From Bacteroidota bacterium (GTDB lineage Bacteria > Bacteroidota > Bacteroidia > Bacteroidales > JAGNHN01), in the NCBI GenBank assembly GCA_022710185.1, contig JAKLHK010000004.1, forward strand, positions 3,669 to 67,668: a DNA stretch of 64,000 nt, written 5' to 3'. The notes under the pieces were generated by a model that did not search any database, was not told the origin of the DNA, and saw only the letters and a list, made by a program, of their open reading frames with translations. Below are positions 9,801 to 19,220 of the stretch, piece after piece (within the stretch, counting starts at the first letter, position 1; the number at the start of each line of letters is the position of its first letter). The position numbers and the translations under genes are program-made.

Positions 9801-10937
9801 ATGGGAAATCAAGCATCAAGCATCAACCATCAACCGTCGGGCTGCCACCCCTCCTGCCCCGCCTGTCCGCACCGCAGCTGGGCCGAAGAAGACAGCCTGG
9901 CACAGAAGCAGGGGTTCCTCGAAAAGGCCCTGGAACCCTGGAAGGAGGTGCTGAACCCGGTGGTGTCGGTTCAGGGCACGGCCCGCTGGGGCTACCGCAG
10001 GCAGGCGGTGTTGCATACCCAATGGGAGGAGGGATGGAGATACGGCCTCCGGAAAAGGGACGACCTAATCCCCATCCCCGACTGTCCGGTGCATCATCCA
10101 CAACTGAATGAAGCCATACGGCTGATGGCTTCGACACTGCCTCCCCCGCCTTCGTTTCCGTTCGCCTTCTTCGTGGTCTCCGACGCCCAGATGGTGCTGG
10201 TAATCAAGTCAGGCGACCTCCCTTCGTACCCCATGTTCAATGAAAAGCTGATGCAGGACCTCACTGCCTGTGGGATCAAGGGCCTTTGGCTTCACCTGCA
10301 CCCCTCCGCCGGGAAACGGGTGTTCGGCAAAGGGGGCTGGCACCTGGTATGGGGTGAGCCGCGCAGCCGGGACGCGAATGGACTGTGGTATGGCCCCGCC
10401 TCTTTTCAGCAGCTCATCCCTCAGCTTTACCAGGCATCCCTGGACCGGGCGCAGGAATTTCTGGCTCCCGGACCGGATACCGCAGTGACCGACCTGTATT
10501 GCGGTACCGGAACTTCCATGCAGCGTTGGATCCAGGCCGGTGCGGCAGTCGCCGGGGTGGAGTGGAGCGGGGAAGCGGTGGAATGTGCCCGGGAGAACGT
10601 TGGTGGCGCGCTGGTGCTGCGTGGGCTTTGCCGGCAGCGCCTGCCACAGCTTACGCAATGGTGGAGGGAGGCAAAGGAAGAGGGACGTCGTCCCCTGCTC
10701 TACGTCAACCCGCCCCGCACCGGACTGGAGCATGAAGTGACCGCATGGATCACCCGGGAATACCGTCCCCAGCGCATCGCCTACCTCAGCTGCAGCGCCG
10801 GGACCCTCGCCCGCGACATGAAAATGCTTGGTGAAGCGGACTATGAGATCAACTGCCTGCAGCCCTACGATTTCTTTCCCCAGACGAGGCATGTGGAATG
10901 CCTGGCCCTGCTGGAATTGCACACCAGTCCAGGGTAA
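9801..10937 (+). CDS. Class I SAM-dependent RNA (uracil-5) methyltransferase, RlmD/RumA-like
   Basis: N-terminal Cys cluster (CHPSCPACPH), SAM motif I (DLYCGTGT), PPRTG motif (YVNPPRTGL) and a C-terminal catalytic Cys region (YLSCSAGTLARD). Confidence 0.85.
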   Translation: MGNQASSINHQPSGCHPSCPACPHRSWAEEDSLAQKQGFLEKALEPWKEVLNPVVSVQGTARWGYRRQAVLHTQWEEGWRYGLRKRDDLIPIPDCPVHHPQLNEAIRLMASTLPPPPSFPFAFFVVSDAQMVLVIKSGDLPSYPMFNEKLMQDLTACGIKGLWLHLHPSAGKRVFGKGGWHLVWGEPRSRDANGLWYGPASFQQLIPQLYQASLDRAQEFLAPGPDTAVTDLYCGTGTSMQRWIQAGAAVAGVEWSGEAVECARENVGGALVLRGLCRQRLPQLTQWWREAKEEGRRPLLYVNPPRTGLEHEVTAWITREYRPQRIAYLSCSAGTLARDMKMLGEADYEINCLQPYDFFPQTRHVECLALLELHTSPG

Positions 10938-11065
10938 GCTGGGGCTCCACGGCAATGAGGAATAGCATTGATCTGCTCATTGATGCTGTTTGCTTCACTG
11001 TCCGGATATATCCATTACTTTGCAATCTACCTCCGGCTTAAGTTGCGAATCAAACAGACAACGAT

Positions 11066-12112
11066 ATGCCCTCCTTCCAGCTTCATTGGTTCTCAGGTAC
11101 CGGTAACGCCCACAAGGCCGCCCAATGGATTGCAGAAGAGGTGGCTTCCCGGGGTGGCGAGGCCCTGCTTATAAGTATTGCTGATGAGATCAAAATGCCG
11201 GGCAGTCCTGCGGATCCGGAAGCCGTGCTCGGTTTCTGCTACCCTACCCACGGATTCAACGCCCCGCCCCTGGTACTGAAATATCTCTGGAATTTCCCAC
11301 GGGGGCGGAATGCGGTGTTTCTGCTGAACACCCGGGCCGGTCTCAAACTCTCAAAACTGCACGTGCCGGGACTTGGCGGCCTCGCCCTGTGGCTGCCCTT
11401 CCTGCTGCTCTGGCTGAAGGGCTACCGCGTAAGGGGTTTTCGCCCGCTCGATATGCCCTCCAACTGGATCTCCCTCCACCCGGGCGTGCGCGCCAGGGTC
11501 GTGGCCTCTATCCATCGCCATTGCCGCGAAACCCTGCGCAGGTTCAGTACCAGGATACTTGGGGGAAAACGGGTCCTGAACGGCCTGCTCTGGCTGCCCC
11601 TCGACCTCGCGGTCTCTCCCATTGCCGTCCTGTATTATCTCATTGGACGTTTCATGCTGGCCAAGACCTTCATGGCCAGCTACCGATGCAACGACTGCGG
11701 GAAATGCATACGGGAATGCCCTGTACAGGCGGTGGTACGCCGTTATGGCAGGCCCTATTGGAAATTCCGCTGCGAAAGCTGCATGCATTGCATGAACCAC
11801 TGCCCCGAAAGGGCCATAGAAACGGCCCACGGCTTCGTTTTTCTCATGTGGTGGGGCGGGGCCAGCCTGGCCAGCCTGGCCCTGATGGAGTTTTTTCCGT
11901 TTCTGTACCCCGGCTCCACGGAAGTGACCGGACTGGCAGGATATGCCGGCACGGCCCTGCGCATTGGCATACGGTTGCTGGTGGTTTACCTGGCGTACCA
12001 CCTGATGCATTTCCTGCTCCGCTACCGCTGGTTCAACTACCTGGTCACCTATACCTCGCTCACGAAGTTTGGTTTCTGGCGAAGGTACAGGGCAGGCCAG
12101 GTGAAAAGTTGA
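11066..12112 (+). CDS. EFR1-family ferredoxin: flavodoxin-like N-terminus, 2x[4Fe-4S] motif, membrane tail
   Basis: Two CxxCxxCxxxCP motifs (CNDCGKCIRECP, CESCMHCMNHCP). The N-terminus is flavodoxin-like (FSGTGNA) and the C-terminus has hydrophobic helices. Confidence 0.8.
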   Translation: MPSFQLHWFSGTGNAHKAAQWIAEEVASRGGEALLISIADEIKMPGSPADPEAVLGFCYPTHGFNAPPLVLKYLWNFPRGRNAVFLLNTRAGLKLSKLHVPGLGGLALWLPFLLLWLKGYRVRGFRPLDMPSNWISLHPGVRARVVASIHRHCRETLRRFSTRILGGKRVLNGLLWLPLDLAVSPIAVLYYLIGRFMLAKTFMASYRCNDCGKCIRECPVQAVVRRYGRPYWKFRCESCMHCMNHCPERAIETAHGFVFLMWWGGASLASLALMEFFPFLYPGSTEVTGLAGYAGTALRIGIRLLVVYLAYHLMHFLLRYRWFNYLVTYTSLTKFGFWRRYRAGQVKS

Positions 12113-12150
12113 CAGTGAAAAGTTTGGAGTGTATTGGGAGTCTTATCCTA

Positions 12151-14814
12151 TCACTTCCCACTCCCCAGTATTCCCTCCACCGTCCCGATGCGGTAGCCTG
12201 CGCTGTATAGCTGCAGTTCACGCTGAGCGGTAGCCAGGGCTACCACGGGCCAGTGCCCGCGCAGTTCGCGGCCTGCGGCATTCTCCAAAGCTTTCAGCAA
12301 TACAAGGCCCTTGTCCTCTGCACTGAAGCCGGCAGGAAAGGCCGTGGGGGCCAGGCTGGGATCTCCTTCCACACTGACCATATAGACGCGCATGCCGAAG
12401 GACTGCAGGTCCGCGGCCCTGGTCTGCAGGTCCATAAGCAGGTGGCGGGTAGGCTCCGTTCCTGGTGCGATCCAAACGATGAGGGCGGGAACGCGGCCTG
12501 GCTCATCGAGCCGCAGCGGCCCCGATCCTGTGCGGAGCTGCAGGCCCACTGAAGGCAGTACGGCCAGGGGTTCAGCCTTCAGGGTGTTGCGCCTCAGCGT
12601 CACTTCCTGCCTCCGTTCAAGGCCGGCCTCCAGGCTGAAGTGGCTCACGGCAGCCATGACGCTGCCGTCCCCCCTGCGCACGCCCGTGGTAAGCCGGTAC
12701 AGTCCAGGATCCAGCGCCAGCCCTTGCGGTGAGAAATCCTTAAGCGCCTGCTCCCAGGCATAGTCCAGGGTGCGGAAGGAGCTGTCCTGCAACCTGGCCA
12801 GCGTGAAGTGAAGGGAATACAGGGGTTCAATGGAAGCACCCTCTGCTCCAAACAGTACCAGGCGGGCTTTCTCCCCTCCCTGTTCTTCTCCCTCTTCCGC
12901 TTCCTCTCCCTCCAGCTTCACCGTCTGCCACTCCCCGTCCCAGTACTGTGCGTAACGTGTCCCCGGCTCCAGACGGGCGGGGATGCCGAAACTGCGGCAG
13001 AGGGCGACATAGAATATGCGCAGGGACCAGGGGTCGCTGCACCTGAGCCCGTACACCCCGACCGGACTGATGGGTGCACGGTAGAAGTTTTCGTCAGGCA
13101 ACACTTTGATGCTGTCTTTCACCCAATCTGCCAACTCCCCCGGGCTTCGGCCCGAGAGGGGTGCCGCATTTTTTTTGAAGTACTCCCGGTACGGACGGAG
13201 CATCTCATTGGCTACCCTGGGGTTGAGCACGAAAGCCTGGTGGGCCTCACTTCCTGCCGGCATGTCAGGTCGTCCTTTCTGGTCGCGATGGTCGAAATGG
13301 TCGGCCAGGGCCTCCGGACGGATGTCACGCAGGTCCTTCTCGCTGAGCTGCAGCAGCAGGGGGAACCCCCCGGCCCCGGCCCGGACCATGAAATCCTTAA
13401 CCGTAGGCCAATTGCCGCGGCTCTGCCTCAGCAAACGCACCGTCAGCGCAGTGTCCAGGTCATGCCGTACCGCCAGTGCCCGGGATTCCTCATCCCTGAT
13501 AAAGGTAGCCTCATAGGCAGCCCTGAGGCTGTCTTCCCGCTTCCAGCGGATATCATTCAGCGCCTTCCCTTGCTCCGCTATAGGCCTGGGAGCCGGTTCC
13601 AGGGGGGGGACCAGGTCGAGGGAAAGTACCGTATCCATGGGCAGGGAAGACCCCAGCCTCAACACCAGGGTATCGCTCAGGTCGCCCGGGGCCTTCTCCC
13701 AGGCCTGCAGTCCCTGAGCCGAGGCCCAGACCATGAGATCGCCCTTCCCTGTACTGAATGCCGCCCTTCCTTGCGCATCGGTCCGCTGAACAGCGATAGG
13801 GTAGAATTCGGCGTAATTGTATAGCTGGAACTCCACCCGGGCGCCGGGCACCGGACGCCCATCGGGGCCCAGCACCTTCACCAGCAGGTCGCGCACCTCG
13901 GCGTAGACTTCCAAGGTGTTGAGCACCGAAGTATGACGGCGGTGTTCCAATACTCTTCCCGGCCCTTTCCAGGGGCCATAGGTCTGCGTACTTACCAGCA
14001 TGGCGCGGCGGGCCGGCTCGGTGAACCATCCCATGTTGGCCTCAGGGGCCGGTTCGCAGGCCCCCATGAAATACCATTCCCCATCGGCCCAGAACTCCAC
14101 CCAGGCATGGTTGTCGTCGGTATGGGCCCAGCGCGGGGTGTATACCTGTCGTGCCGGGATGCCCACGGCACGCAGGGCGCTCACGGTAAACACTGACTCC
14201 TCACCGCAGCGTCCCAGGGCAGTGCGGACGGTAGCCAGAGGGGAGGAAGTGCGCTCGTCCGAACCCTGGTAGGTCACCTTCTCATGGCACCAGTGGTTCA
14301 CTTCCAGCGCGGCTGACTTCATGTCCAAGTTCTTGACCCTCTCCTTCAACTCGCGGAAGAAGACCCTGCGGGAGCTGTCAAGGTTCTCGTTGTTCACCCG
14401 GCAGGGCAGGACGAAGTGACGGAACAGCTCCTCGGGCACCCGTCGACCCCAGGGGAAGGTGTCGCGGATGGCGAAGGAAGTGCGGACAATATCCAGGTAA
14501 AAGGCCCCGTCGTAATCGGCCAGGTCGCTCAGGGGCATGAAGGCATACAGGAATTTCAGCGCCTGACGCTCTTCCCGCGTGAGGGTGCGGTCGAACACCC
14601 CAAACAGGGCGTCCTCCCGGTGATGTGCCAGCTGCTGCCGGGCATGGAAGCGTTGCTCCACCAAGTCGCGGTAGCCCGCATCGCTGATGAAGTGGGGCTG
14701 GGGTTTGCAGGAGGGAAGCCCTCCGAGAAACAAGGAAAGAAAGAAGAACAGGGCCGGGGGTATCCCTGCCAGCGCCAATTTCCGGTCAAACGGTCGGGAA
14801 AGCATCAGGATCAT
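12151..14814 (-). CDS. Transglutaminase-domain protein, large secreted/lipoprotein-like
   Basis: Transglutaminase core with catalytic Cys/His/Asp context (GRCGEESVFTVSALRAVGIPARQV...HAWVEFWADGEWYFMGACEP). Signal/TM N-terminus. Confidence 0.85.
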   Translation of the reverse strand: MILMLSRPFDRKLALAGIPPALFFFLSLFLGGLPSCKPQPHFISDAGYRDLVEQRFHARQQLAHHREDALFGVFDRTLTREERQALKFLYAFMPLSDLADYDGAFYLDIVRTSFAIRDTFPWGRRVPEELFRHFVLPCRVNNENLDSSRRVFFRELKERVKNLDMKSAALEVNHWCHEKVTYQGSDERTSSPLATVRTALGRCGEESVFTVSALRAVGIPARQVYTPRWAHTDDNHAWVEFWADGEWYFMGACEPAPEANMGWFTEPARRAMLVSTQTYGPWKGPGRVLEHRRHTSVLNTLEVYAEVRDLLVKVLGPDGRPVPGARVEFQLYNYAEFYPIAVQRTDAQGRAAFSTGKGDLMVWASAQGLQAWEKAPGDLSDTLVLRLGSSLPMDTVLSLDLVPPLEPAPRPIAEQGKALNDIRWKREDSLRAAYEATFIRDEESRALAVRHDLDTALTVRLLRQSRGNWPTVKDFMVRAGAGGFPLLLQLSEKDLRDIRPEALADHFDHRDQKGRPDMPAGSEAHQAFVLNPRVANEMLRPYREYFKKNAAPLSGRSPGELADWVKDSIKVLPDENFYRAPISPVGVYGLRCSDPWSLRIFYVALCRSFGIPARLEPGTRYAQYWDGEWQTVKLEGEEAEEGEEQGGEKARLVLFGAEGASIEPLYSLHFTLARLQDSSFRTLDYAWEQALKDFSPQGLALDPGLYRLTTGVRRGDGSVMAAVSHFSLEAGLERRQEVTLRRNTLKAEPLAVLPSVGLQLRTGSGPLRLDEPGRVPALIVWIAPGTEPTRHLLMDLQTRAADLQSFGMRVYMVSVEGDPSLAPTAFPAGFSAEDKGLVLLKALENAAGRELRGHWPVVALATAQRELQLYSAGYRIGTVEGILGSGK

Positions 14815-14944
14815 AATTGCATGATGACGAAGCTCGGAATAATTGGGGAAAGCGCCTCGTCCAAAATCCCAAGATGAAGACCCATCCCATGCCCCGGACC
14901 AGGGTCATGGGACAGGGCACCCATTACCCGCTCTCCGCGTTCCT

Positions 14945-15574
14945 TCAGCGTTCGAGATACGCCCACACAAAGTTCGGGTGATGGCCGTTGGCGCGGACCA
15001 TCCTGACCCAGAGCAGGGTCATATGTTCCAGGTGCAAGGCCTGGTTCAGGCCCCCGGTATCTTTAGCGAAGAATCCCATTTCCCCGAGCAATACCGCGAC
15101 TTGCTCTTTTGCCTCTGGGTCATCGCCGGCAATGAGCATAAGCGGCTTGATCGTGTATCCCGGGAATTCCCCTCCCCCAAGGTTCTCGAAACCATAAATA
15201 TTGAAGGCCTTGACCACCCTGGCGTCCGGGGCCCATTCCTGCACCGCCTCGGCCCCCGATCGCTCGCTCTTCAGCCCGTGCGTGATCCCCGGCCCAACGG
15301 GATTGGTGCAATCCACCAGGGTTTTCCCACCGAAAGCAAGGCCTTGCAGTATGCCCTGATTTGCCTGAAAAGGGGTGGCAAGAACAATGAGGTCTGCCAT
15401 TCCCACCATTTCACGCATCGGAGCTGAAGCAAACAAGGGATTTTTCTCCACAGCTTCCTTTAGGCTTGCAGAATCCTTGTCGCGGAAGCCCAGGATAATA
15501 GTATGACCTTGTTTCTGAAGACTATCGGCAATGGTGAACCCTACCTTGCCGGTACCGATGAATCCGATTTTCAT
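14945..15574 (-). CDS. NADPH-dependent F420 reductase-like / NAD(P)-binding oxidoreductase
   Basis: Rossmann motif right at the inferred start (MKIGFIGTGKVG). The start is moved from 15595 to the internal Met that precedes the GxGxxG motif. Confidence 0.8.
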   Translation of the reverse strand: MKIGFIGTGKVGFTIADSLQKQGHTIILGFRDKDSASLKEAVEKNPLFASAPMREMVGMADLIVLATPFQANQGILQGLAFGGKTLVDCTNPVGPGITHGLKSERSGAEAVQEWAPDARVVKAFNIYGFENLGGGEFPGYTIKPLMLIAGDDPEAKEQVAVLLGEMGFFAKDTGGLNQALHLEHMTLLWVRMVRANGHHPNFVWAYLER

Positions 15575-15600
15575 ACTTATAAAATATTGGATCAAACAAT

Positions 15601-16230
15601 TTAATGATTAACGGAGCTGCTGGTCCTGCTTTGTGAAAAAACAAAATATAGAGGAATGCCCAGAAAGATCCCAAACGCGAAGTATGGATGTATGAAACCC
15701 AGGCCAACGCCTGTCAGGTAAGCCACTGGACCAAACAGCAGCGAATACATCGTTCCGGTCCTGAAAGACATCAGATCAGTAGACTCTTCGAGTAGTCCCT
15801 TTTTTCTGATCAGATAAAGGCGAAGCAGGAAAAAACTCAGCGCCATCAGCGACATCACCGCACCGTACAAGACGATGGATGCAATGTTACCCGGATAGTC
15901 ACCAAGCACCGCCGTAGGAAACGGGATGAAGGATGTCCAGAGCAGCAGCAGGGCATTCAACCAGAAAATTCCCTGATCTATTTGCTTGATTTGCTTGAAG
16001 ATTCTGTGATGATTGACCCAGATCACGGCTACCGTGAAGAAGCTGATCAGCCACCCTATAAATTTTGGGAGCAATCCGGAAAGCGCATAGCTCAGATTCT
16101 GGGCAGAATGGTGTTCAGAGATATGAGGCACTTTGATCTCAAGCACCAGAAGTGTGATGATTATTGCAAAAATTCCGTCGGAGAAAGCCTCCACCCTACT
16201 CTTACTGAAAATGTTGTTCATCGTTTTCAT
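15601..16230 (-). CDS. TMEM175-family (DUF1211) potassium channel
   Basis: Signature RVEAFSDGIFAIIITLLVLE at the N-terminus and 6 TM helices. Confidence 0.85.
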   Translation of the reverse strand: MKTMNNIFSKSRVEAFSDGIFAIIITLLVLEIKVPHISEHHSAQNLSYALSGLLPKFIGWLISFFTVAVIWVNHHRIFKQIKQIDQGIFWLNALLLLWTSFIPFPTAVLGDYPGNIASIVLYGAVMSLMALSFFLLRLYLIRKKGLLEESTDLMSFRTGTMYSLLFGPVAYLTGVGLGFIHPYFAFGIFLGIPLYFVFSQSRTSSSVNH

Positions 16231-16886
16231 TATTTGAAATCATATCTCAAGAAAAGTCCTGTGTTTGAGGAGAAGGGGTCAGGATGACCGGAACGTTCAG
16301 TTAGATCAGATCCTGCACCAAACTGGAAGCCTCTCCATTCCACCCCCAGGCGGATTCTTTGAGTGAATGAATACAGGTCTGAATCTGTTGGGAAGGTGCT
16401 CAAAGATTCGATCTGGGAGAAGAGTTTCAGCTCATTGGTGATTCCCGGGGTGAACCGTAAAAGAAGGTAATGATCAAGGGCAGGCTTCCTTTCTGTTTCA
16501 GAGACCAGCCAGCTGAAAAGGGTGACTTTTTCCCTCAGGAAAGCATATTGAATGCCGGCTTTTGTGTAGGCCCCTGAGTTGAATACCTGCACTACAAATA
16601 CCGGAGCGATACCATTAAGTTTTGGGTGATTGTAGGACAGGGCCTCAGTAAAACCAAACTGCGGCAAATTGCTCGTGGGGCTCATAGCGCGGTCAATACC
16701 CGCCCTGTTCCTATTGAAAAGCAACAGTTTAGATGGTCTTTCCTGTGAATCTTCAAAGAACCTGAAAAACATCACATCCAGGGTGGTCCTGTTCTGTCCC
16801 ACAAAAAGTTCCACTGGGATTTGTGAAAAGACAGCACCCCCGCCAAGGGATGCTGTCATAAACATAATGATCAGATACTTCCACAT
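16230..16886 (-). CDS. Hypothetical secreted / probable outer-membrane beta-barrel protein
   Basis: Signal peptide (MWKYLIIMFMTASLGGGAVFSQ) and alternating beta-like pattern. C-terminal aromatic end (LFLRYDFK). Overlaps both neighbours by 1 nt, so it is in an operon. Confidence 0.6.
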   Translation of the reverse strand: MWKYLIIMFMTASLGGGAVFSQIPVELFVGQNRTTLDVMFFRFFEDSQERPSKLLLFNRNRAGIDRAMSPTSNLPQFGFTEALSYNHPKLNGIAPVFVVQVFNSGAYTKAGIQYAFLREKVTLFSWLVSETERKPALDHYLLLRFTPGITNELKLFSQIESLSTFPTDSDLYSFTQRIRLGVEWRGFQFGAGSDLTERSGHPDPFSSNTGLFLRYDFK

Positions 16887-17725
16887 TATCTGGCCAGTCT
16901 ATCAACCACCATACGAGCTACAGCCTCCCCTGAATTCTGCTGCTGCCCGGTGATCAGGTTGCCATCGGCAATAGCATAGGATACAAAGGCCTCGGCTACC
17001 TTAAAGGTTGTACCCGATAGTTTTCTTGCCTCGTCTTCGATGCGGTAGGGCTGGATCTTCATACCCACGGCCTTATCGGCAAAATCTTCTTCCGAATTGG
17101 CGAATCCTGTCCAGGTCTTCCCTTTGATCAATTGCTCCCCGTTCGACTTTTTTGCAGTAAGCAGTAGCGTTGTGGAGTGGCATACTGCCGCCGATGGCTT
17201 GCCTGTTTCATAGAAATTCACAAAAAGCTTTTCCAGCTCCTTGTTGTTTCTGAACGTATACATCGGGCCTTGTCCGCCCACCAGAAAGATCGCATCGTAT
17301 GCTTCGGGATCCACATCCGTCATTTTTCTGGTATTTGCAAGCATTTCATTGAACCAGGGCAATTGCATATAGCCCAGGGTGATCACATCGTGGGAGGAAT
17401 ACCCGCTGGGGTCGTTCGGGTTGCTATAGGCATCCATCTCGATACTGCCCCCTTCGGTTGATGCCAGTTCCACTTCATATCCTGCTTCAAGGAATACCCG
17501 CATAGGGTGGGTGAGTTCTGCTGCCCAGAAGCCTATCGGCCATCCAGTTTGGGCGGATACCGAAGGGCTGCTGGCTACCATAAGTATCTTCCCTTTGGCA
17601 GGTGCCCCGTGAAAATGTACATACTGTTTCACCTCTGTTACAGCTTTGGTTGGTTTCGCGGTCTGTGCGAATCCTGCGATAGTGGTTGCAGCGATAAGTG
17701 CTGCGCTTAAAATCTGTGATTTCAT
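16886..17725 (-). CDS. DJ-1/PfpI-family type 1 glutamine amidotransferase-like protein (secreted)
   Basis: Signal peptide plus a nucleophile-elbow region (AAVCHSTTLL) and the DAIFLVGGQGPMY block typical of the DJ-1/PfpI superfamily. Confidence 0.8.
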   Translation of the reverse strand: MKSQILSAALIAATTIAGFAQTAKPTKAVTEVKQYVHFHGAPAKGKILMVASSPSVSAQTGWPIGFWAAELTHPMRVFLEAGYEVELASTEGGSIEMDAYSNPNDPSGYSSHDVITLGYMQLPWFNEMLANTRKMTDVDPEAYDAIFLVGGQGPMYTFRNNKELEKLFVNFYETGKPSAAVCHSTTLLLTAKKSNGEQLIKGKTWTGFANSEEDFADKAVGMKIQPYRIEDEARKLSGTTFKVAEAFVSYAIADGNLITGQQQNSGEAVARMVVDRLAR

Positions 17726-17839
17726 CGTTTTTATGTTTGTGGCGACAAAATTATTTCTTTGTACTACCTTTGTACATATATTTACCTAAATGGTAGATAC
17801 TAACAAATGGGAAAGTATACACATAATCAATAATATAGA

Positions 17840-18205
17840 ATGCCAGAGTTCTTGTTCAACAATAAGTTGTATTACAACCCGGTCGAGTTTGTAATGGACA
17901 GGATCGGGGGTACCTGGAAAATGCCTATCCTTTGGCGACTTAGGGATAAGACGTTGCGATACAGTGAGATAAAGAAGACAATGCCCAAAGTGACCCACAA
18001 AATGCTCACGTCTTCATTACGGGAACTGGAAGAGGATGGCTTCATTCACCGGGAGGTCTTTCCTGTAGTCCCGCCAAAAGTCGAGTATTCTCTTACTATG
18101 CGGGGTAAAGGAGCCATACCCGTCGTCAGCGATCTGCGGCAGTATGGTTTTTTGTTAATGAAAGACTTCGGGATCGATACAGGAAAAGAGGATACGATGG
18201 CGTAA
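17840..18205 (+). CDS. HxlR-family winged-helix transcriptional regulator
   Basis: Diagnostic GGTWKMPILWRL...LRYSEIKKTMP.VTHKMLTSSLRELEEDGFI...PPKVEYSLT. Divergent from the DJ-1 operon. Confidence 0.9.
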   Translation: MPEFLFNNKLYYNPVEFVMDRIGGTWKMPILWRLRDKTLRYSEIKKTMPKVTHKMLTSSLRELEEDGFIHREVFPVVPPKVEYSLTMRGKGAIPVVSDLRQYGFLLMKDFGIDTGKEDTMA

Positions 18206-18247
18206 CAGGTAATTGATCCGGTGCTGCGGGTAACCTATAAAGGGATT

Positions 18248-18347
18248 GACCGTTAATGGACGTGAATTAACGTTAATAACTCTTCCTTATTCATCCACGT
18301 CCATCCACGGTCAACCCTTCATTATTTATTCACGTCCATCCACGGTC
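18248..18347. repeat. Imperfect inverted/direct repeat of a 19-nt word between convergent genes
   Basis: GACCGTTAATGGACGTGAA (18248-18266) is the reverse complement, with 2 mismatches, of TTCACGTCCATCCACGGTC (18329-18347). A longer variant lies at 18290-18312 and a further copy at 9758-9776. Confidence 0.7.
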
Positions 18348-19174
18348 TATTCCAGCCGGACCAGCACCGGCAGATGATCCGAAGGCCAGAGGCCGTTTGA
18401 CCTTCGTTCCGGTATATGTTGAAAGACCTTAGGGACCAGATTCTTCACAAAAATGTAATCTATCCTTGATTCAAGGGTGGCATCCTGTTTGAAAGCATTG
18501 AATGTGCCTTCCGGGCCTGAGCGGAGAATACCATTCATCCGCCTGGGGTCTTCGAGGCGTGACGACAATATAGCGACCGGCCTTTCTTCCGGCCCGGCGT
18601 TAAGGTCTCCCATCACCACGATCTTCTTCTCCATTATTCCCATTCCATCGATAATCTGGAGGATGAGTTCTGCCGACCGTTCCCGGGCAACTTGCCCGAT
18701 ATGGTCGAAGTGAGTATTGAAGACATAGAACGTGTCGCCTGTGCTCAGTGCAAAGAATTTCCCGTAGGTTACAATACGTTCAAGCGCCGCATCCCAACCC
18801 ACAGACACGGTATCCGGAGTATCGGAAAGCCACCAGGTACGGGAATCCAGCAGTTGCACCCTCTCCTTGTGATACAAGATCGCGGCAAACTCTCCCTGAC
18901 GGTAGCCATCCTCTCTGCCCACCCCTGTGTAGTCATAGCCTGTCAGCACAGTGTCAAGGAATTCTACCTGAGCATACAAGCCTTCCTGTACTCCCAGAAT
19001 GTCCGGCCGGTAGGTTCTGATAAGGCCCGCCACTTCCTCCCGCCTGAGCTTCCATCGGTTATCCCCATCCTCCGGATTGTCATAACGGATGTTCCAGCTC
19101 ATGAGCGTGGTTTGCCCCACCAGGGAAAGCCTGGCAAGCATCACAAGAAGGCTCAAAACATAATATCTTCCCAT
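18347..19174 (-). CDS. Endonuclease/exonuclease/phosphatase (EEP) family protein, secreted
   Basis: Signal peptide; EEP motifs (LMSWNIRYDN, GVQEGL, NTHFDH, GDLNA, SDHLPV). Confidence 0.88.
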   Translation of the reverse strand: MGRYYVLSLLVMLARLSLVGQTTLMSWNIRYDNPEDGDNRWKLRREEVAGLIRTYRPDILGVQEGLYAQVEFLDTVLTGYDYTGVGREDGYRQGEFAAILYHKERVQLLDSRTWWLSDTPDTVSVGWDAALERIVTYGKFFALSTGDTFYVFNTHFDHIGQVARERSAELILQIIDGMGIMEKKIVVMGDLNAGPEERPVAILSSRLEDPRRMNGILRSGPEGTFNAFKQDATLESRIDYIFVKNLVPKVFQHIPERRSNGLWPSDHLPVLVRLE

Positions 19175-19220
19175 AATTAGCCACTAGCCACCAGCCACTG
19201 TCTGCCGAAGGCAGCCATCA

